A stretch of 64,000 nt of DNA, from assembly GCA_040006915.1 (NCBI GenBank), contig JBDTWD010000001.1, positions 98,229-162,228 on the forward strand. Reading direction: 5' to 3'. How positions within the stretch are numbered: position 1 is the first letter of the stretch; every line of letters starts with the position of its first letter. The notes under the pieces are model-generated. The model was not told the origin of the DNA. It searched no databases and worked only from the letters and a program-made list of their open reading frames with translations. The DNA is from Candidatus Woesebacteria bacterium (GTDB taxonomy: Bacteria > Patescibacteriota > Microgenomatia > UBA1400 > UBA12028). Shown here one piece after another: positions 45,049 to 55,083 of the stretch. The position numbers were made by a program, and so were the translations under genes.

Positions 45049-46353
45049 ATGCTTAATATTTATCGCTGGTCAGAGACCGATCTAAAGAGAAAGAAACAAA
45101 TCACTGAGCGTGCCATGCTCGATATTTCTGAGATTAAAGAATACGTGGCTGGGTGGATGGAAACCATTAAAAATGAAGGAGACGCTGGAATTGTGAAGTA
45201 CACACGGCAATTTGATAAAAAGGATTTTGAAATAAAAGATTTACGAGTTACTAAAGAAGATATTCAGAAAGCATATGAATCTGTAGATCCTCGTGTGGTA
45301 GAAGTACTGAAACGTCAAATTAGTATTTCTAGACAAAATGCCCTTTCAAAGGCTGGTCAGGAAACTGTTTTAAAGTCCTTTGTCCCTGGCGTGCAAGTTG
45401 GTTACAAAATTACTCCTATTGAATCGGTTGGGCTTGCTGTGCCAGCTGGTCAAGTGCCTCTGCCAACTGTGATGCAGATTTTGACGGTTACTGCCAAAGC
45501 CGCTGGAGTTCCTAGAGTGGTTGCCTGTTATCCACCTACAGGTGACTATCCAGAAATGCTGATTGCAGCAGACTTAGCTGGTTGCGATGAAGTTTATCGA
45601 GTGGGTGGGATTGCGGGCATTGCTGCTATGGCCTACGGGACTGAAACCATCAAACCTGTCTTAAAGATTTCGGGACCAGGCAGCATTTATACTCAGGCAG
45701 CCAAAATGCTCGCTTATGGTAGGGTCAGTATTGATATGGTGGCAGGACCATCTGAAGCAATTATCCTCGCTGACAAAGATGCTAATCCTATTTTCTGTGC
45801 TGCAGATATCCTGGCTCGAGCTGAACACGCTCCAGACGCAGCTGGAGTATTGGTGACTGATTCTGTTGAGTTAGCTCAGGCGACGCAAAAAGAAGTTGAG
45901 CGACAAATTCAGTACCTCAGTAGACGAGAAGTGATTGAGAAATCATTGGCTAAGTACTCATGTGCAATTGTCACAGAGTCATGGCAAGAAGCAATTGATT
46001 TTACCAATGACTATAGTCCAGAACACTTAGAAGTTTTGGTCGCAGAGCCATTCGCTATTTTGCCATTCATTAAAAATGCGGGATCAATTTTTCTAGGTCA
46101 ATATGCGCCAGTAGCAGTTGGAGATTATGCCAGTGGGACTAACCACATTTTGCCTACTGGATACTGGTCAAAGATGGTTTCAGCGGTGAGTGTCGAGACT
46201 TTTCAGAAATCTTCAGAATTACAGTATTTGACCAAAGAAGGTTTAGAAAACTTAGCCGAAATTGTTGATGTGGTATCGGGAATAGAAAAACTTGATGCTC
46301 ACTGGAATAGTGTGAATGTTCGATTAAATCAAAAAAGGAGAAAATATGAATGA
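45049..46353 (+). CDS. hisD: histidinol dehydrogenase
   Basis: AGPSE and SPEHLE motifs. GAGGAG SD before the ATG at 45049. Confidence 0.85.
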   Translation: MLNIYRWSETDLKRKKQITERAMLDISEIKEYVAGWMETIKNEGDAGIVKYTRQFDKKDFEIKDLRVTKEDIQKAYESVDPRVVEVLKRQISISRQNALSKAGQETVLKSFVPGVQVGYKITPIESVGLAVPAGQVPLPTVMQILTVTAKAAGVPRVVACYPPTGDYPEMLIAADLAGCDEVYRVGGIAGIAAMAYGTETIKPVLKISGPGSIYTQAAKMLAYGRVSIDMVAGPSEAIILADKDANPIFCAADILARAEHAPDAAGVLVTDSVELAQATQKEVERQIQYLSRREVIEKSLAKYSCAIVTESWQEAIDFTNDYSPEHLEVLVAEPFAILPFIKNAGSIFLGQYAPVAVGDYASGTNHILPTGYWSKMVSAVSVETFQKSSELQYLTKEGLENLAEIVDVVSGIEKLDAHWNSVNVRLNQKRRKYE

Positions 46354-47005
46354 AAAACTAGGTTTGTTTATTAACGAAGTGAAAAAAGAGAAAATTTCTT
46401 TGTCTCGGGTGACGCGAGAATCACAAATCGATATAGTAATCGAAGATGCACCAAGACGTGACTACAACATTCAAACTGGCAATAGGTTCTTCAATCACAT
46501 GTTAACGGGAATCGCTTCCAGAGCGTGTTTAAATCTAGATGTTCAATATACACCGACGATTGCGGAACCACTCGACCACGTTGTGGTGGAAGACACTGGT
46601 CTTACGATGGGGAGGGCTATCCGTGAACTTTTGGACTCCCGTCAATCCGATGGTGTCAGTCAACGTGGAACATACACAGTGGCCTTTGATGAGGCGTTAG
46701 TACAAGTAACACTTGCGTTTGATGGAAGGGCCTATACCTTTCTGCGCGGAGAGGTTCCTGGGATGATGTTAGAAAAAGTCGAAGATATTCTTAGTACAAA
46801 TTTACGGCAATTTTTTGACGGATTTTCTCAGGGAGCCGGATGCGTGGTGACTGTTCAATTTATTTCTGGAAACGATTCGCACCACACTTGGGAGGCAGCT
46901 TTCAAAGCCTTTGGTGAAGCTCTACGAGAATCTTTGCAACCCTGTCCTTACCGAGCAGGAACCACCATCGGATTGAAAGGGACCGGTATGGAGGGAAAAC
47001 TATGA
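46346..47005 (+). CDS. hisB: imidazoleglycerol-phosphate dehydratase
   Basis: FNHML and LDHVVVEDTG metal-binding motifs of IGPD. Confidence 0.85.
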   Translation: MNEKLGLFINEVKKEKISLSRVTRESQIDIVIEDAPRRDYNIQTGNRFFNHMLTGIASRACLNLDVQYTPTIAEPLDHVVVEDTGLTMGRAIRELLDSRQSDGVSQRGTYTVAFDEALVQVTLAFDGRAYTFLRGEVPGMMLEKVEDILSTNLRQFFDGFSQGAGCVVTVQFISGNDSHHTWEAAFKAFGEALRESLQPCPYRAGTTIGLKGTGMEGKL

Positions 47006-47337
47006 TTTCAGCAAATCTCGACCTTCGTAAAGGAGGAGGCTTGATACCCGCCATCATTCAAGATGAACAAACTAAAGCTATTCTAATGCTTGGATATATG
47101 AATGAGGAATCTTTGGGAAGATCTGTATCAACGGGATTCGTCTGTTTTTGGAGTCGAAGCCGAAAAAAATTATGGATGAAAGGAGAAGAATCGGGAAACA
47201 CATTACGAATCAAACGCATTTTTGTTGATTGCGATGAGGATACTCTCCTTATTTCTGTCGAGCTGAGTGGTATATCGGCGTGCCACACGGGAAAGTACTC
47301 GTGTTTCTTTACCGAATTGAGGGAGGATAGTCTATGA
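47002..47337 (+). CDS. hisI: phosphoribosyl-AMP cyclohydrolase
   Basis: LIPAIIQD...WMKGEESGNTL..DCDEDTLL and a CHTGK C-terminus. Confidence 0.8.
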   Translation: MISANLDLRKGGGLIPAIIQDEQTKAILMLGYMNEESLGRSVSTGFVCFWSRSRKKLWMKGEESGNTLRIKRIFVDCDEDTLLISVELSGISACHTGKYSCFFTELREDSL

Positions 47338-47636
47338 CCATTACGCAATTATTTGGGATAATTACCCTCAAAAAAAACCTGAGACAAGAAAATTCATATA
47401 TCAGTTCTTTGTTCAGTCAGGGTGTAGATCGAATCATTCAGAAAGTGGGAGAAGAAGCCGTGGAATTGGTAATCGCTGCTAAAAATCAGAGTAAAGAACG
47501 AGTGATTTCTGAGGCAGCAGATCTTGTGTTTCACAGTCTCGTCCTTTTTTCCGCCCTCGGAATTTCTCCCAACGAGATTATGCAAGAGTTAGAACTGAGA
47601 AATGTAAAAAGAAATGATACGATACAACAGGAGTAA
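47334..47636 (+). CDS. hisE: phosphoribosyl-ATP pyrophosphatase
   Basis: 100-aa MazG-like protein with ...KVGEEAVELVIAAKN...EAADLVFH. Confidence 0.8.
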   Translation: MTITQLFGIITLKKNLRQENSYISSLFSQGVDRIIQKVGEEAVELVIAAKNQSKERVISEAADLVFHSLVLFSALGISPNEIMQELELRNVKRNDTIQQE

Positions 47637-47640
47637 TATT

Positions 47641-48876
47641 ATGAATCAACCACAAGTATTAAAAGGATTTCGAGATTTTCTGCCCAGGGACATACGAGCA
47701 CGAGAGTATGTCATGGGCAAAATTAAGCAAACCTTTAAACAGTTTGGCTTTGAGTCTATTGAAACACCCACGATTGAATACAAATCCACAATTATGGGAA
47801 AGTATGGAGAAGAGGCAGATAAATTAGTGTATGCCTTTACGGATAATGGTGATCGTGAAGTGGCGCTTCGATATGACCAGACCGTTCCGACTGCTCGTTT
47901 CATTGCCAACAACTTTAATGAAATCTCCTTCCCTTTCAGACGCTATCAAACCCAGAACGTATTCCGAGCTGATAAACCTCAAAAAGGCCGTTATCGTGAA
48001 TTTACTCAGTGCGATATCGATATCTTTGGAAGCAGCGATCCAACCGCTGATGCAGAGATCCTTGCCTGCACATACGCAGCCTATAAGGCCATAGGGTTTC
48101 AAACGATCCAAATCTTGGTTAATGATAGACAGACATTAGTCTCCGTTTTAAAGCCGTATGAAACAGATACAGTTAGTGTGTTTTCAATTATCCAAACAAT
48201 AGATAAGATGGATAAGCTACCTAAAGATGAGGTCATTGCTGAGTTGGTGCGAAAAGGAATGACGAATGTAAATGCCGTTGACGCTTTAACTAATTTGCTT
48301 GCAGTTAACCCCTCAGCTAATCTAGAGCAAATAATGTCACTAGCTGAGGCATTAGGCGTTAGTGATGCCGAGATCTCATTTGAACCAACCCTTGCTCGGG
48401 GACTTGATTATTACACAGGCATGATCTTTGAAGTAAAAATTCCAGAGTTTGCAGTTGGCTCAGTAGGGGCTGGTGGTCGTTATGACAATTTAATTGAACA
48501 ATTATCTGGAGTGGAGATGAGTGCTGTGGGTATGGCTGTTGGTTTTGATCGCACTGTCGATGCGGCTATACAGTTTGACTTGATTCCTACAGCACTGGAT
48601 GACAAAAAAGTGTTGGTTACTGTTTTTGATGCAGCTTTGATTGGAGAATCAGCCAGCGTGACCAAAACCCTTCGAGAACAAGGATTGTCAGTAGAGCTGT
48701 ACCCAAAATTTACTAAACTTGATAAACAGTTTAAGTATGCAGACAAAAAAGGGATCCGCTATTGCATTGTTATTGGCTCTCAAGAAGTGGAGAACAATCA
48801 AGTGATGCTCAAAGACCTGTCTGATGGAAAGCAGGAACTCTTGAATCTTGATGCTCTAGTTGAAAAACTGAAATAA
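47641..48876 (+). CDS. hisS: histidyl-tRNA synthetase (full length with anticodon-binding domain), embedded in the his operon
   Basis: LKGFRDFLP motif 1 region, class II core, and a C-terminal anticodon-binding domain. CAGGAG SD before the ATG at 47641. Confidence 0.75.
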   Translation: MNQPQVLKGFRDFLPRDIRAREYVMGKIKQTFKQFGFESIETPTIEYKSTIMGKYGEEADKLVYAFTDNGDREVALRYDQTVPTARFIANNFNEISFPFRRYQTQNVFRADKPQKGRYREFTQCDIDIFGSSDPTADAEILACTYAAYKAIGFQTIQILVNDRQTLVSVLKPYETDTVSVFSIIQTIDKMDKLPKDEVIAELVRKGMTNVNAVDALTNLLAVNPSANLEQIMSLAEALGVSDAEISFEPTLARGLDYYTGMIFEVKIPEFAVGSVGAGGRYDNLIEQLSGVEMSAVGMAVGFDRTVDAAIQFDLIPTALDDKKVLVTVFDAALIGESASVTKTLREQGLSVELYPKFTKLDKQFKYADKKGIRYCIVIGSQEVENNQVMLKDLSDGKQELLNLDALVEKLK

Positions 48877-48893
48877 AAATATCAGCATTCAAC

Positions 48894-49247
48894 TCATTCT
48901 CTGTTTGATTTTAGTATCACCTTAAGAAAGTTATGGTTTGCGGACATGATTTGAACAAGCATTTCAGTGGTCTTGAGCGGTCGCCTAGTTGGTGGTGTAT
49001 CGATTTTTTTCGTTTCTGAGTCATACACTGCCAGTGTTGGTCCGACAGGCTGCCCGGGATCTGGAGGTGCTAGTACAATATTTATCGACTCGCTTACTCC
49101 TAAATTTATGAACGCTATAATTTGGGCTTGGTGAGTACCTTTTTTATCATACGAGGTGTACTCAACTACATCCCCAACTGTGGCATGAACTTCTGTAGTT
49201 GTAGGCATATACTCCCTTTTTTGGTTACTTATTACATTTTGAAACAA
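48894..49247 (-). CDS. hypothetical protein
   Basis: 117-aa ORF. Confidence 0.4.
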   Translation of the reverse strand: MFQNVISNQKREYMPTTTEVHATVGDVVEYTSYDKKGTHQAQIIAFINLGVSESINIVLAPPDPGQPVGPTLAVYDSETKKIDTPPTRRPLKTTEMLVQIMSANHNFLKVILKSNRE

Positions 49248-49265
49248 GCCATATCTAGTGAGGTT

Positions 49266-50129
49266 CTAATCTCTGGGACCTCGTTGTAATCGCATGAGAT
49301 TTTTCTGTGGAAGGAAGCTACCCACTTCTTTTTTCGCGAAACTTAACAATGCCAATGGCAGAATGAAGGCCGTTTTGTTTCCCTTTTGAATATTTTGAAT
49401 CTCTTGGGGAACGATTTTTATTCTTTTTTCTATCTCTGCTTCAATCTTATCTTCTAAGCCTTCGTCTTCATCCTGTTCTTCTGTTCGTCCGCTTCTAGCA
49501 GCCATTCGCTTACTCCATGACACAAATAGCAGAGCGCCAAAATTCAAGATCATTCCAAACAGTGGATTAAAAATGTATTTACTGTTATCTGTAAACGCGC
49601 CCAAAAATTCTATCAGATACTCCAGCATTAATAGCGGATACAAGGTCGTGATGGCTTCATCGAGCAGAATACTGTGATATTCTTTAAAGAATTCATGTGC
49701 ATCCATTCGCTGGAGAACTTTCAGCTGAGCTCTTAATTCTTGGTCCAAAGCCTTTACATACTGACCAATATCATCGTTGGTTGACTCCCTCAATTGGTCT
49801 GCTGGAAGTTGAACTCGAACAGAATTGGATAGTCGTTGGGTTTTACCTTTTTGGCTCTTTTCTCGAGCAACAGAAATAGCCAGTGTCGTACTTTCTGATG
49901 AATCTGGAAGAGAGAAAGCTTCGCCTCTCCCATTGTTTGCTAGCGTGGAAATGAAAATCTGATTAGGGTAGAAGAGTCTGTCGACTACTCGCTGAATTTC
50001 TTCAACATTCAATTCTATTTCCTGGGCGTAAGGCAGCGAACTCCAGGCAACATCACCAGCAGTCATTGCTGATTTTACCTCTCCTCTCACTTTCATTGGC
50101 ACCCATCCAGTTTTGGACTGCTTTTCCAT
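49266..50129 (-). CDS. hypothetical protein with a central TM region
   Basis: 287-aa ORF. Confidence 0.45.
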   Translation of the reverse strand: MEKQSKTGWVPMKVRGEVKSAMTAGDVAWSSLPYAQEIELNVEEIQRVVDRLFYPNQIFISTLANNGRGEAFSLPDSSESTTLAISVAREKSQKGKTQRLSNSVRVQLPADQLRESTNDDIGQYVKALDQELRAQLKVLQRMDAHEFFKEYHSILLDEAITTLYPLLMLEYLIEFLGAFTDNSKYIFNPLFGMILNFGALLFVSWSKRMAARSGRTEEQDEDEGLEDKIEAEIEKRIKIVPQEIQNIQKGNKTAFILPLALLSFAKKEVGSFLPQKNLMRLQRGPRD

Positions 50130-50142
50130 ACTCAGTACTATA

Positions 50143-50658
50143 TCATGCTAATTCGAGAACAATTTCATGCACTCTACCATACAATTTACCGTAGTCTGAC
50201 CAACTAAAATCCCTGGCATCGCTTAAATGTGAGAAACGATCAATAAGAGTTTTCATTTCATCTGTACTTAAATGTACCACACCTTGTATATCATCGGCTG
50301 GAACTATCTTTTCAGTCGTACGAAGCTTTGTTTCAAATAAAAAGATCTGAAACTCCTGCGTTTTCTCTGGAGAAGTCACCGCAATGGTTATGGTCGCTTT
50401 CGGCTCCATTTCTCCTGGTGATCGATCAATTCCGAGCTCTTCTTTTAGTTCTCTGGCAGCAGCAATCTGAGGATCTTCACCTTGATCTACTCCCCCACCA
50501 GCGAGTCTGTATATGTCCTTTGGATACACTTCTTTACTTCCTAAAACATATTTCCCCTCCGGATCAAGGAGGATTAAAAGCGAGCGATCCCCACGATTTA
50601 AGACCTCCATCGTACGAGAAAACTGCAGTGAAATAGTATAGTTTTTGGGAGTATTCAT
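50143..50658 (-). CDS. NUDIX hydrolase
   Basis: Nudix box GGGVDQGEDPQIAAARELKEELG. Start trimmed to an internal Met. Confidence 0.65.
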   Translation of the reverse strand: MNTPKNYTISLQFSRTMEVLNRGDRSLLILLDPEGKYVLGSKEVYPKDIYRLAGGGVDQGEDPQIAAARELKEELGIDRSPGEMEPKATITIAVTSPEKTQEFQIFLFETKLRTTEKIVPADDIQGVVHLSTDEMKTLIDRFSHLSDARDFSWSDYGKLYGRVHEIVLELA

Positions 50659-50690
50659 CACTCTATTGTAGCAACTGATACAATGACACA

Positions 50691-51443
50691 ATGCAGCAAA
50701 CACAATCTTGGGATCACGTCGCTAGCTGGTATGACTCTCTAGTCGGGGGAAAAGGCCAGTATTACCACCAACATGTTATATTCCCCAGCGTTTTAAAACT
50801 GATGGAAATCAAGGCCGGATTGAAGGTTTTGGACCTGGCTTGTGGTCAAGGTGCGTTTTGCCGAGAGCTCGTTAAGCTCCATGCCAAAATTACAGGTGTC
50901 GATGCTAGTAGCCGGATGATAGAGACGGCGAAGAAATATGCCATGGGTGTGGAGTACATTGTTGATGATGCCAGAACCTTACGTAGTCAAACTGATCAAT
51001 CCTTTGATCGCGTCGTATCGATTCTGGCTTTACAAAATATGGATCCAATTGACGGTGTATTTTCTAGAGTACGAGACCTCCTGCGTGAGAGAGGTACGTT
51101 TACGATTGTAATTCTACATCCTGCATTCCGCTCGCCTCGCATCACGGGTTGGGGAGAAGACGAAGCACGTAAATTACAGTTTCGTCGTGTTGATCGGTAT
51201 ATTTCCCCAATGAAGATTCCGATTGATATGCATCCAGGAAAAGGAACAAAGCAATTAACCTGGACGTATCATCGTCCATTACAGACATACGTTCAGATCG
51301 CCAAAGAAAATGGATTTGTCATTGATGGAATGGAAGAGCTAATAAGCGATAAAGTTTCTGAAGGAAAACATGCCAAGCAAGAAAACCTAGCTCGACAAGA
51401 AATTCCCATGTTTATGACTTTACGCTTTCGCAAGAGCGTCTGA
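50691..51443 (+). CDS. class I SAM-dependent methyltransferase
   Basis: Motif I VLDLACGQGAF. Confidence 0.7.
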   Translation: MQQTQSWDHVASWYDSLVGGKGQYYHQHVIFPSVLKLMEIKAGLKVLDLACGQGAFCRELVKLHAKITGVDASSRMIETAKKYAMGVEYIVDDARTLRSQTDQSFDRVVSILALQNMDPIDGVFSRVRDLLRERGTFTIVILHPAFRSPRITGWGEDEARKLQFRRVDRYISPMKIPIDMHPGKGTKQLTWTYHRPLQTYVQIAKENGFVIDGMEELISDKVSEGKHAKQENLARQEIPMFMTLRFRKSV

Positions 51444-51797
51444 CTGTGTCAATCGTATCTGTGGATTTGCCATTTCTCCAGGACTTCTTACTTTCGCCGT
51501 GGCTGCAAGCGCTTTAATGAATAACGGAATAGAATCTCTATTCTCTTGGGCATCAACAAATTCTGACATAATGGCATCGAAATCATTCTCACTTATTTCT
51601 CTATCAATATTCTTTACCGGTAAATTGATCAAAGCGGCAAGATCTCCAGGTAAAACGAGTTGTTCATCGACGAGAACTTGTAATACCGTTCGATAGCTAT
51701 ACCTTGTAATTTTTTCTCGATCTATCATAGAAGCTCCTTTTGGTATCTTAGGATACAATAGATCTATGAAAACGCTAGTAGTTCTTTCTTTGATCAT
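51420..51797 (-). CDS. hypothetical protein
   Basis: 125-aa ORF. Confidence 0.35.
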   Translation of the reverse strand: MIKERTTSVFIDLLYPKIPKGASMIDREKITRYSYRTVLQVLVDEQLVLPGDLAALINLPVKNIDREISENDFDAIMSEFVDAQENRDSIPLFIKALAATAKVRSPGEMANPQIRLTQSDALAKA

Positions 51798-52323
51798 TCT
51801 ACCTATCTGGTGGATATTCTTTCTTATCTGGCAACCAGCAGTTGTCCACTTTGTGGCGAATAATAGTTCACCCGCAATAGATCGGGCGTTGGAATACGCT
51901 ACGCGTGGCGGCTCTCAAGTCGAAGATATCTATTTTACTAAAGATGAGATCGCCCATTTAAAAGATGTATCAAGATTGTATACACCAATCTCCGTCACTA
52001 TTAGCCTTCTAGCATTAGGCGCTTGGCCAGTATTGATCGTAGCGGTAGTCGATAAAATAAAGCTTCAATCAAGCTTTAAACGAGCGGCAAAAACTCTGGG
52101 AGTCCTGGTCATCGTCTTACTCCTGTGCCTGGCGCTCTTTCCGTTATTTTTTGAAACATTTCATGAAGTTTTGTTTCCTCAGGGAAACTGGTCCTTTCCG
52201 GCAGATTCAATGCTGATTACAATCTTCCCAGAGATCTTTTGGAAGTTGATTCTCTCTTCTTTAATCGGGGCTCTAGGAATATTCGCAGCACTCTATTGGA
52301 TACTGGGAAATAAAAATGAATAA
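51766..52323 (+). CDS. integral membrane protein
   Basis: 185 aa with four TM helices. Confidence 0.45.
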   Translation: MKTLVVLSLIILPIWWIFFLIWQPAVVHFVANNSSPAIDRALEYATRGGSQVEDIYFTKDEIAHLKDVSRLYTPISVTISLLALGAWPVLIVAVVDKIKLQSSFKRAAKTLGVLVIVLLLCLALFPLFFETFHEVLFPQGNWSFPADSMLITIFPEIFWKLILSSLIGALGIFAALYWILGNKNE

Positions 52324-52909
52324 ATATCTTCATTACATTGTGTTGTTTATTAGTCTTGCAGATACCTTGTTTGGATCGGGTTCGAAAATAGATTTGACTA
52401 AACTTCCTGCTCCAACTCCCACAGTCCTGGCTCTGTCTACCAACGTTCCAGATGGGTACGTGAAAGTTCTGGGTAACGCCGATGGCGATACGATTTATGT
52501 ATTGCTGGATGGAAAAAAAGAAACGGTTAGACTTCTGGGCGTTGATACCCCTGAGACCAAAGATCCTAGACGTTCCGTTATGTGTTTTGGTCATCAAGCG
52601 AGTGACTATACTCGGAGTCTTGTAACTGACAAGGCCGTCAAATTGATTCCAGATTCGATGCAAACTGATCGTGACAAATATGGACGATTGCTTCGATATG
52701 TCCAATTTGAAGATGGGACGACTCTGAATGAGAAGCTAGTATATGAAGGGTATGCTTTTGCATATGAAGCATATCCTGATTCCAAATTGGAAGACTATAA
52801 AAAGTTAGAAGCAGATGCTAGAGAGAAAAATAGAGGACTTTGGGGGGGATGCGAAGTCACGATCAAAAATAAAGGAAAGTCAAAAAGTACACAAAGTGTT
52901 AAAGAGTGA
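52316..52909 (+). CDS. thermonuclease (staphylococcal nuclease-like, SNc)
   Basis: GDTIYVLLDGKKETVRLLGVDTPE motif plus an N-terminal signal/TM segment. Confidence 0.75.
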   Translation: MNKYLHYIVLFISLADTLFGSGSKIDLTKLPAPTPTVLALSTNVPDGYVKVLGNADGDTIYVLLDGKKETVRLLGVDTPETKDPRRSVMCFGHQASDYTRSLVTDKAVKLIPDSMQTDRDKYGRLLRYVQFEDGTTLNEKLVYEGYAFAYEAYPDSKLEDYKKLEADAREKNRGLWGGCEVTIKNKGKSKSTQSVKE

Positions 52910-52924
52910 TAGTATGCTTCCTGC

Positions 52925-53593
52925 ATGAATTCACAAGGAATATCATATCTGCTACAGCAGTCTCCCCGTACTCGTCGTTTGACGATTCGTGTCGATGCGA
53001 GAGGACAAGTGATTGTCACTGCACCACTGCGATTTCCAAAGTACAGAGTAGCTGAATTCGTGGAGTCTGCTCGTGACTGGATTGTCAAGCAAAAAACAGT
53101 ACAAATACAAAAGCCGATTCTATTGTCAACCACAACCGTTTTGTATTTTGGTAAAGAATATAGCGTTAAAGTTTCCCAGAAAATGGATGGAACGGTAAAA
53201 CTAGGTAAAGAAGTAATCATCGTTTCTCCGCTTTCGATCACTTCTTCTGCCGTGTTATCACTCCTCTCAACCTGGTTGAAATCGAGAGCAATCGAATACG
53301 TGACAACTCGAGTCTATGTGTTAAGCAAACAAATGAATCTCTCTTTTAAAAATTTGGCATTTAAACAACAAAAAACCAGGTGGGGATCATGTTCATCGCA
53401 AAAAAACCTAAACTTTAATTGGAAATTAATCCATGCCCCAAAGGACGTGATTGATTACGTTATCATCCATGAACTCTCACACCTCGAGCATATGAATCAT
53501 GGTAAGAATTTTTGGGAATTGGTAGCTCGTTTTGATCCAGACCATCCGCATCACAGACGTTGGTTGGAGCGGTATGGCAGTACCGAGGATTAG
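52925..53593 (+). CDS. YgjP/DUF45 (M48-like) metal-dependent hydrolase
   Basis: HELSHLEHMNHGKNFW with a HExxH motif in the family's typical context. Confidence 0.7.
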   Translation: MNSQGISYLLQQSPRTRRLTIRVDARGQVIVTAPLRFPKYRVAEFVESARDWIVKQKTVQIQKPILLSTTTVLYFGKEYSVKVSQKMDGTVKLGKEVIIVSPLSITSSAVLSLLSTWLKSRAIEYVTTRVYVLSKQMNLSFKNLAFKQQKTRWGSCSSQKNLNFNWKLIHAPKDVIDYVIIHELSHLEHMNHGKNFWELVARFDPDHPHHRRWLERYGSTED

Positions 53594-53896
53594 CTATCCC
53601 CGTTTTCCACCCAGAGTTTGGAGTGAGCGAATAAAATCGCTAATATTTCTACCAGTGTCGCTCATCAAATACTGACCTTTACTTTCCGGAACGTTTTCAA
53701 AAAGTTGCTCTAGCATGGTCTCATCGGGTGGTGTCTGAGCCACAGAAATTCCAGCTGCGTCCTGCAGAAACCATAGTGCATGTGCTCGATAGAGTGGAGT
53801 TTGAAGTAATGAGCCCAATAAGTCCCTATCTTTTTTTGCAGAAATTTCTCTCTTTGCTTGAGCGATCAAATCTTCAATGTGTTTATTATCGGACAT
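53594..53896 (-). CDS. hypothetical protein
   Basis: 100-aa ORF. Confidence 0.4.
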   Translation of the reverse strand: MSDNKHIEDLIAQAKREISAKKDRDLLGSLLQTPLYRAHALWFLQDAAGISVAQTPPDETMLEQLFENVPESKGQYLMSDTGRNISDFIRSLQTLGGKRG

Positions 53897-54042
53897 ATGC
53901 GTGACTATAACCCTTAAGGATCCCTTCTGTCAATAAAATATGAGATAATACATGCATGTGCTTTTCTCCTGAGAAAAAACCACCGAAAGTTTTATAACGG
54001 TTCTTTTTTGTATTCTCCTCTCTTATTTTGAAAGATATCTCT

Positions 54043-55083
54043 ATGCAAACGACTTGGCAACGTCTTAAAAACCATCCTGAAAAAATCGAATTCTTATACA
54101 AGCGTGAAAAAATCGTGGATACTATTCGTGATTTTTTTAAAGCTGATGGTTTTCTAGAAATTGATTCACCTCTGATGGTCAAATCTCCGGGAATGGAACC
54201 ATACCTAGAAGTATTTGAAACAACTCTGATTGATGACACCCAGCAGAAGCAAAGAGCATTCTTGCTTACCTCTCCCGAGTATGCGTTAAAGAAGTTATTG
54301 GTAACAGGAATTCCCAAGCTGTTCTCAATCTGTAAATCCTTTCGCAATGGAGAAGGTTTGTCACGGAAACACAATCCCGAATTTTCGATTATGGAATGGT
54401 ATCGAACAAATGCCGACTATACAGACATTATGAAAGATTGCGAAAATGTATTTGTGAGTTTATCTCAAAAATTGGGAGGCAGTACCCAGTGGACATATCA
54501 AGGAAAAGTTTACGATATACAAACTCCTTGGGAGCGAATCAGTGTAAAGGAAGCATTTGAAAAATATTGCGAGATTGATGTGGATACGCTTCTTGATGAA
54601 GAGAAGCTAAAAATGGCAGGAGCAAAGCGTGGATTCCAGGTAACCAGTGAGACGACTTGGGAGCAAGTGTATAACCAGTTCTTCTTAAACGACATAGAAC
54701 CACACCTGGGAGTTGATAAACCGACAATCATTTATGATTTTCCGACTTCACAAGCTAGTTTGTCCAAAAAGAAAGATGATGACCCGCGATTTGCAGAACG
54801 TTTTGAATTCTATGTCGCAGGTATTGAAATGGGAAACGCATTCTCGGAGCTTACCGATGGAGATGAGCAACTGAAACGTTTTGAGATTGAGCGAGCTGAG
54901 CGACAATCTTTAGGAAAGACGATGTATGACATTGATATGGACTATATAGAGGCTATCAAAGCTGGCCTGCCACCTACTGGAGGGATCGCAGTCGGAATCG
55001 ATCGCATTGTCATGTTTTTTGCGGATGCACCAAACATTCAAGACGTGTTGGTATTTCCAGCCCAAGAATTGTGGACGAGCTGA
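54043..55083 (+). CDS. epmA: EF-P lysyl-transferase (PoxA/GenX, class II LysRS paralog)
   Basis: Class II aaRS-like motifs, FLEIDSPLMVKSPGMEPYLEVFETTL. Adjacent to efp. Start trimmed to the ATG at 54043. Confidence 0.7.
   Translation: MQTTWQRLKNHPEKIEFLYKREKIVDTIRDFFKADGFLEIDSPLMVKSPGMEPYLEVFETTLIDDTQQKQRAFLLTSPEYALKKLLVTGIPKLFSICKSFRNGEGLSRKHNPEFSIMEWYRTNADYTDIMKDCENVFVSLSQKLGGSTQWTYQGKVYDIQTPWERISVKEAFEKYCEIDVDTLLDEEKLKMAGAKRGFQVTSETTWEQVYNQFFLNDIEPHLGVDKPTIIYDFPTSQASLSKKKDDDPRFAERFEFYVAGIEMGNAFSELTDGDEQLKRFEIERAERQSLGKTMYDIDMDYIEAIKAGLPPTGGIAVGIDRIVMFFADAPNIQDVLVFPAQELWTS

Noticed and set aside
47614-47640. Track start of hisS at 47614 (MIRYNRSNI...), and similar GTG/TTG track starts for zwf, epmA, hisC, hisD, the PBP gene and the second secreted paralog
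   Set aside because: Each has an in-frame ATG with a better SD or better family N-terminus slightly downstream. Boundaries were adjusted but remain uncertain.
53886-54374. 162-aa minus-strand ORF
   Set aside because: It overlaps the 5' region of the well-supported epmA gene and the intergenic promoter region. No motif.
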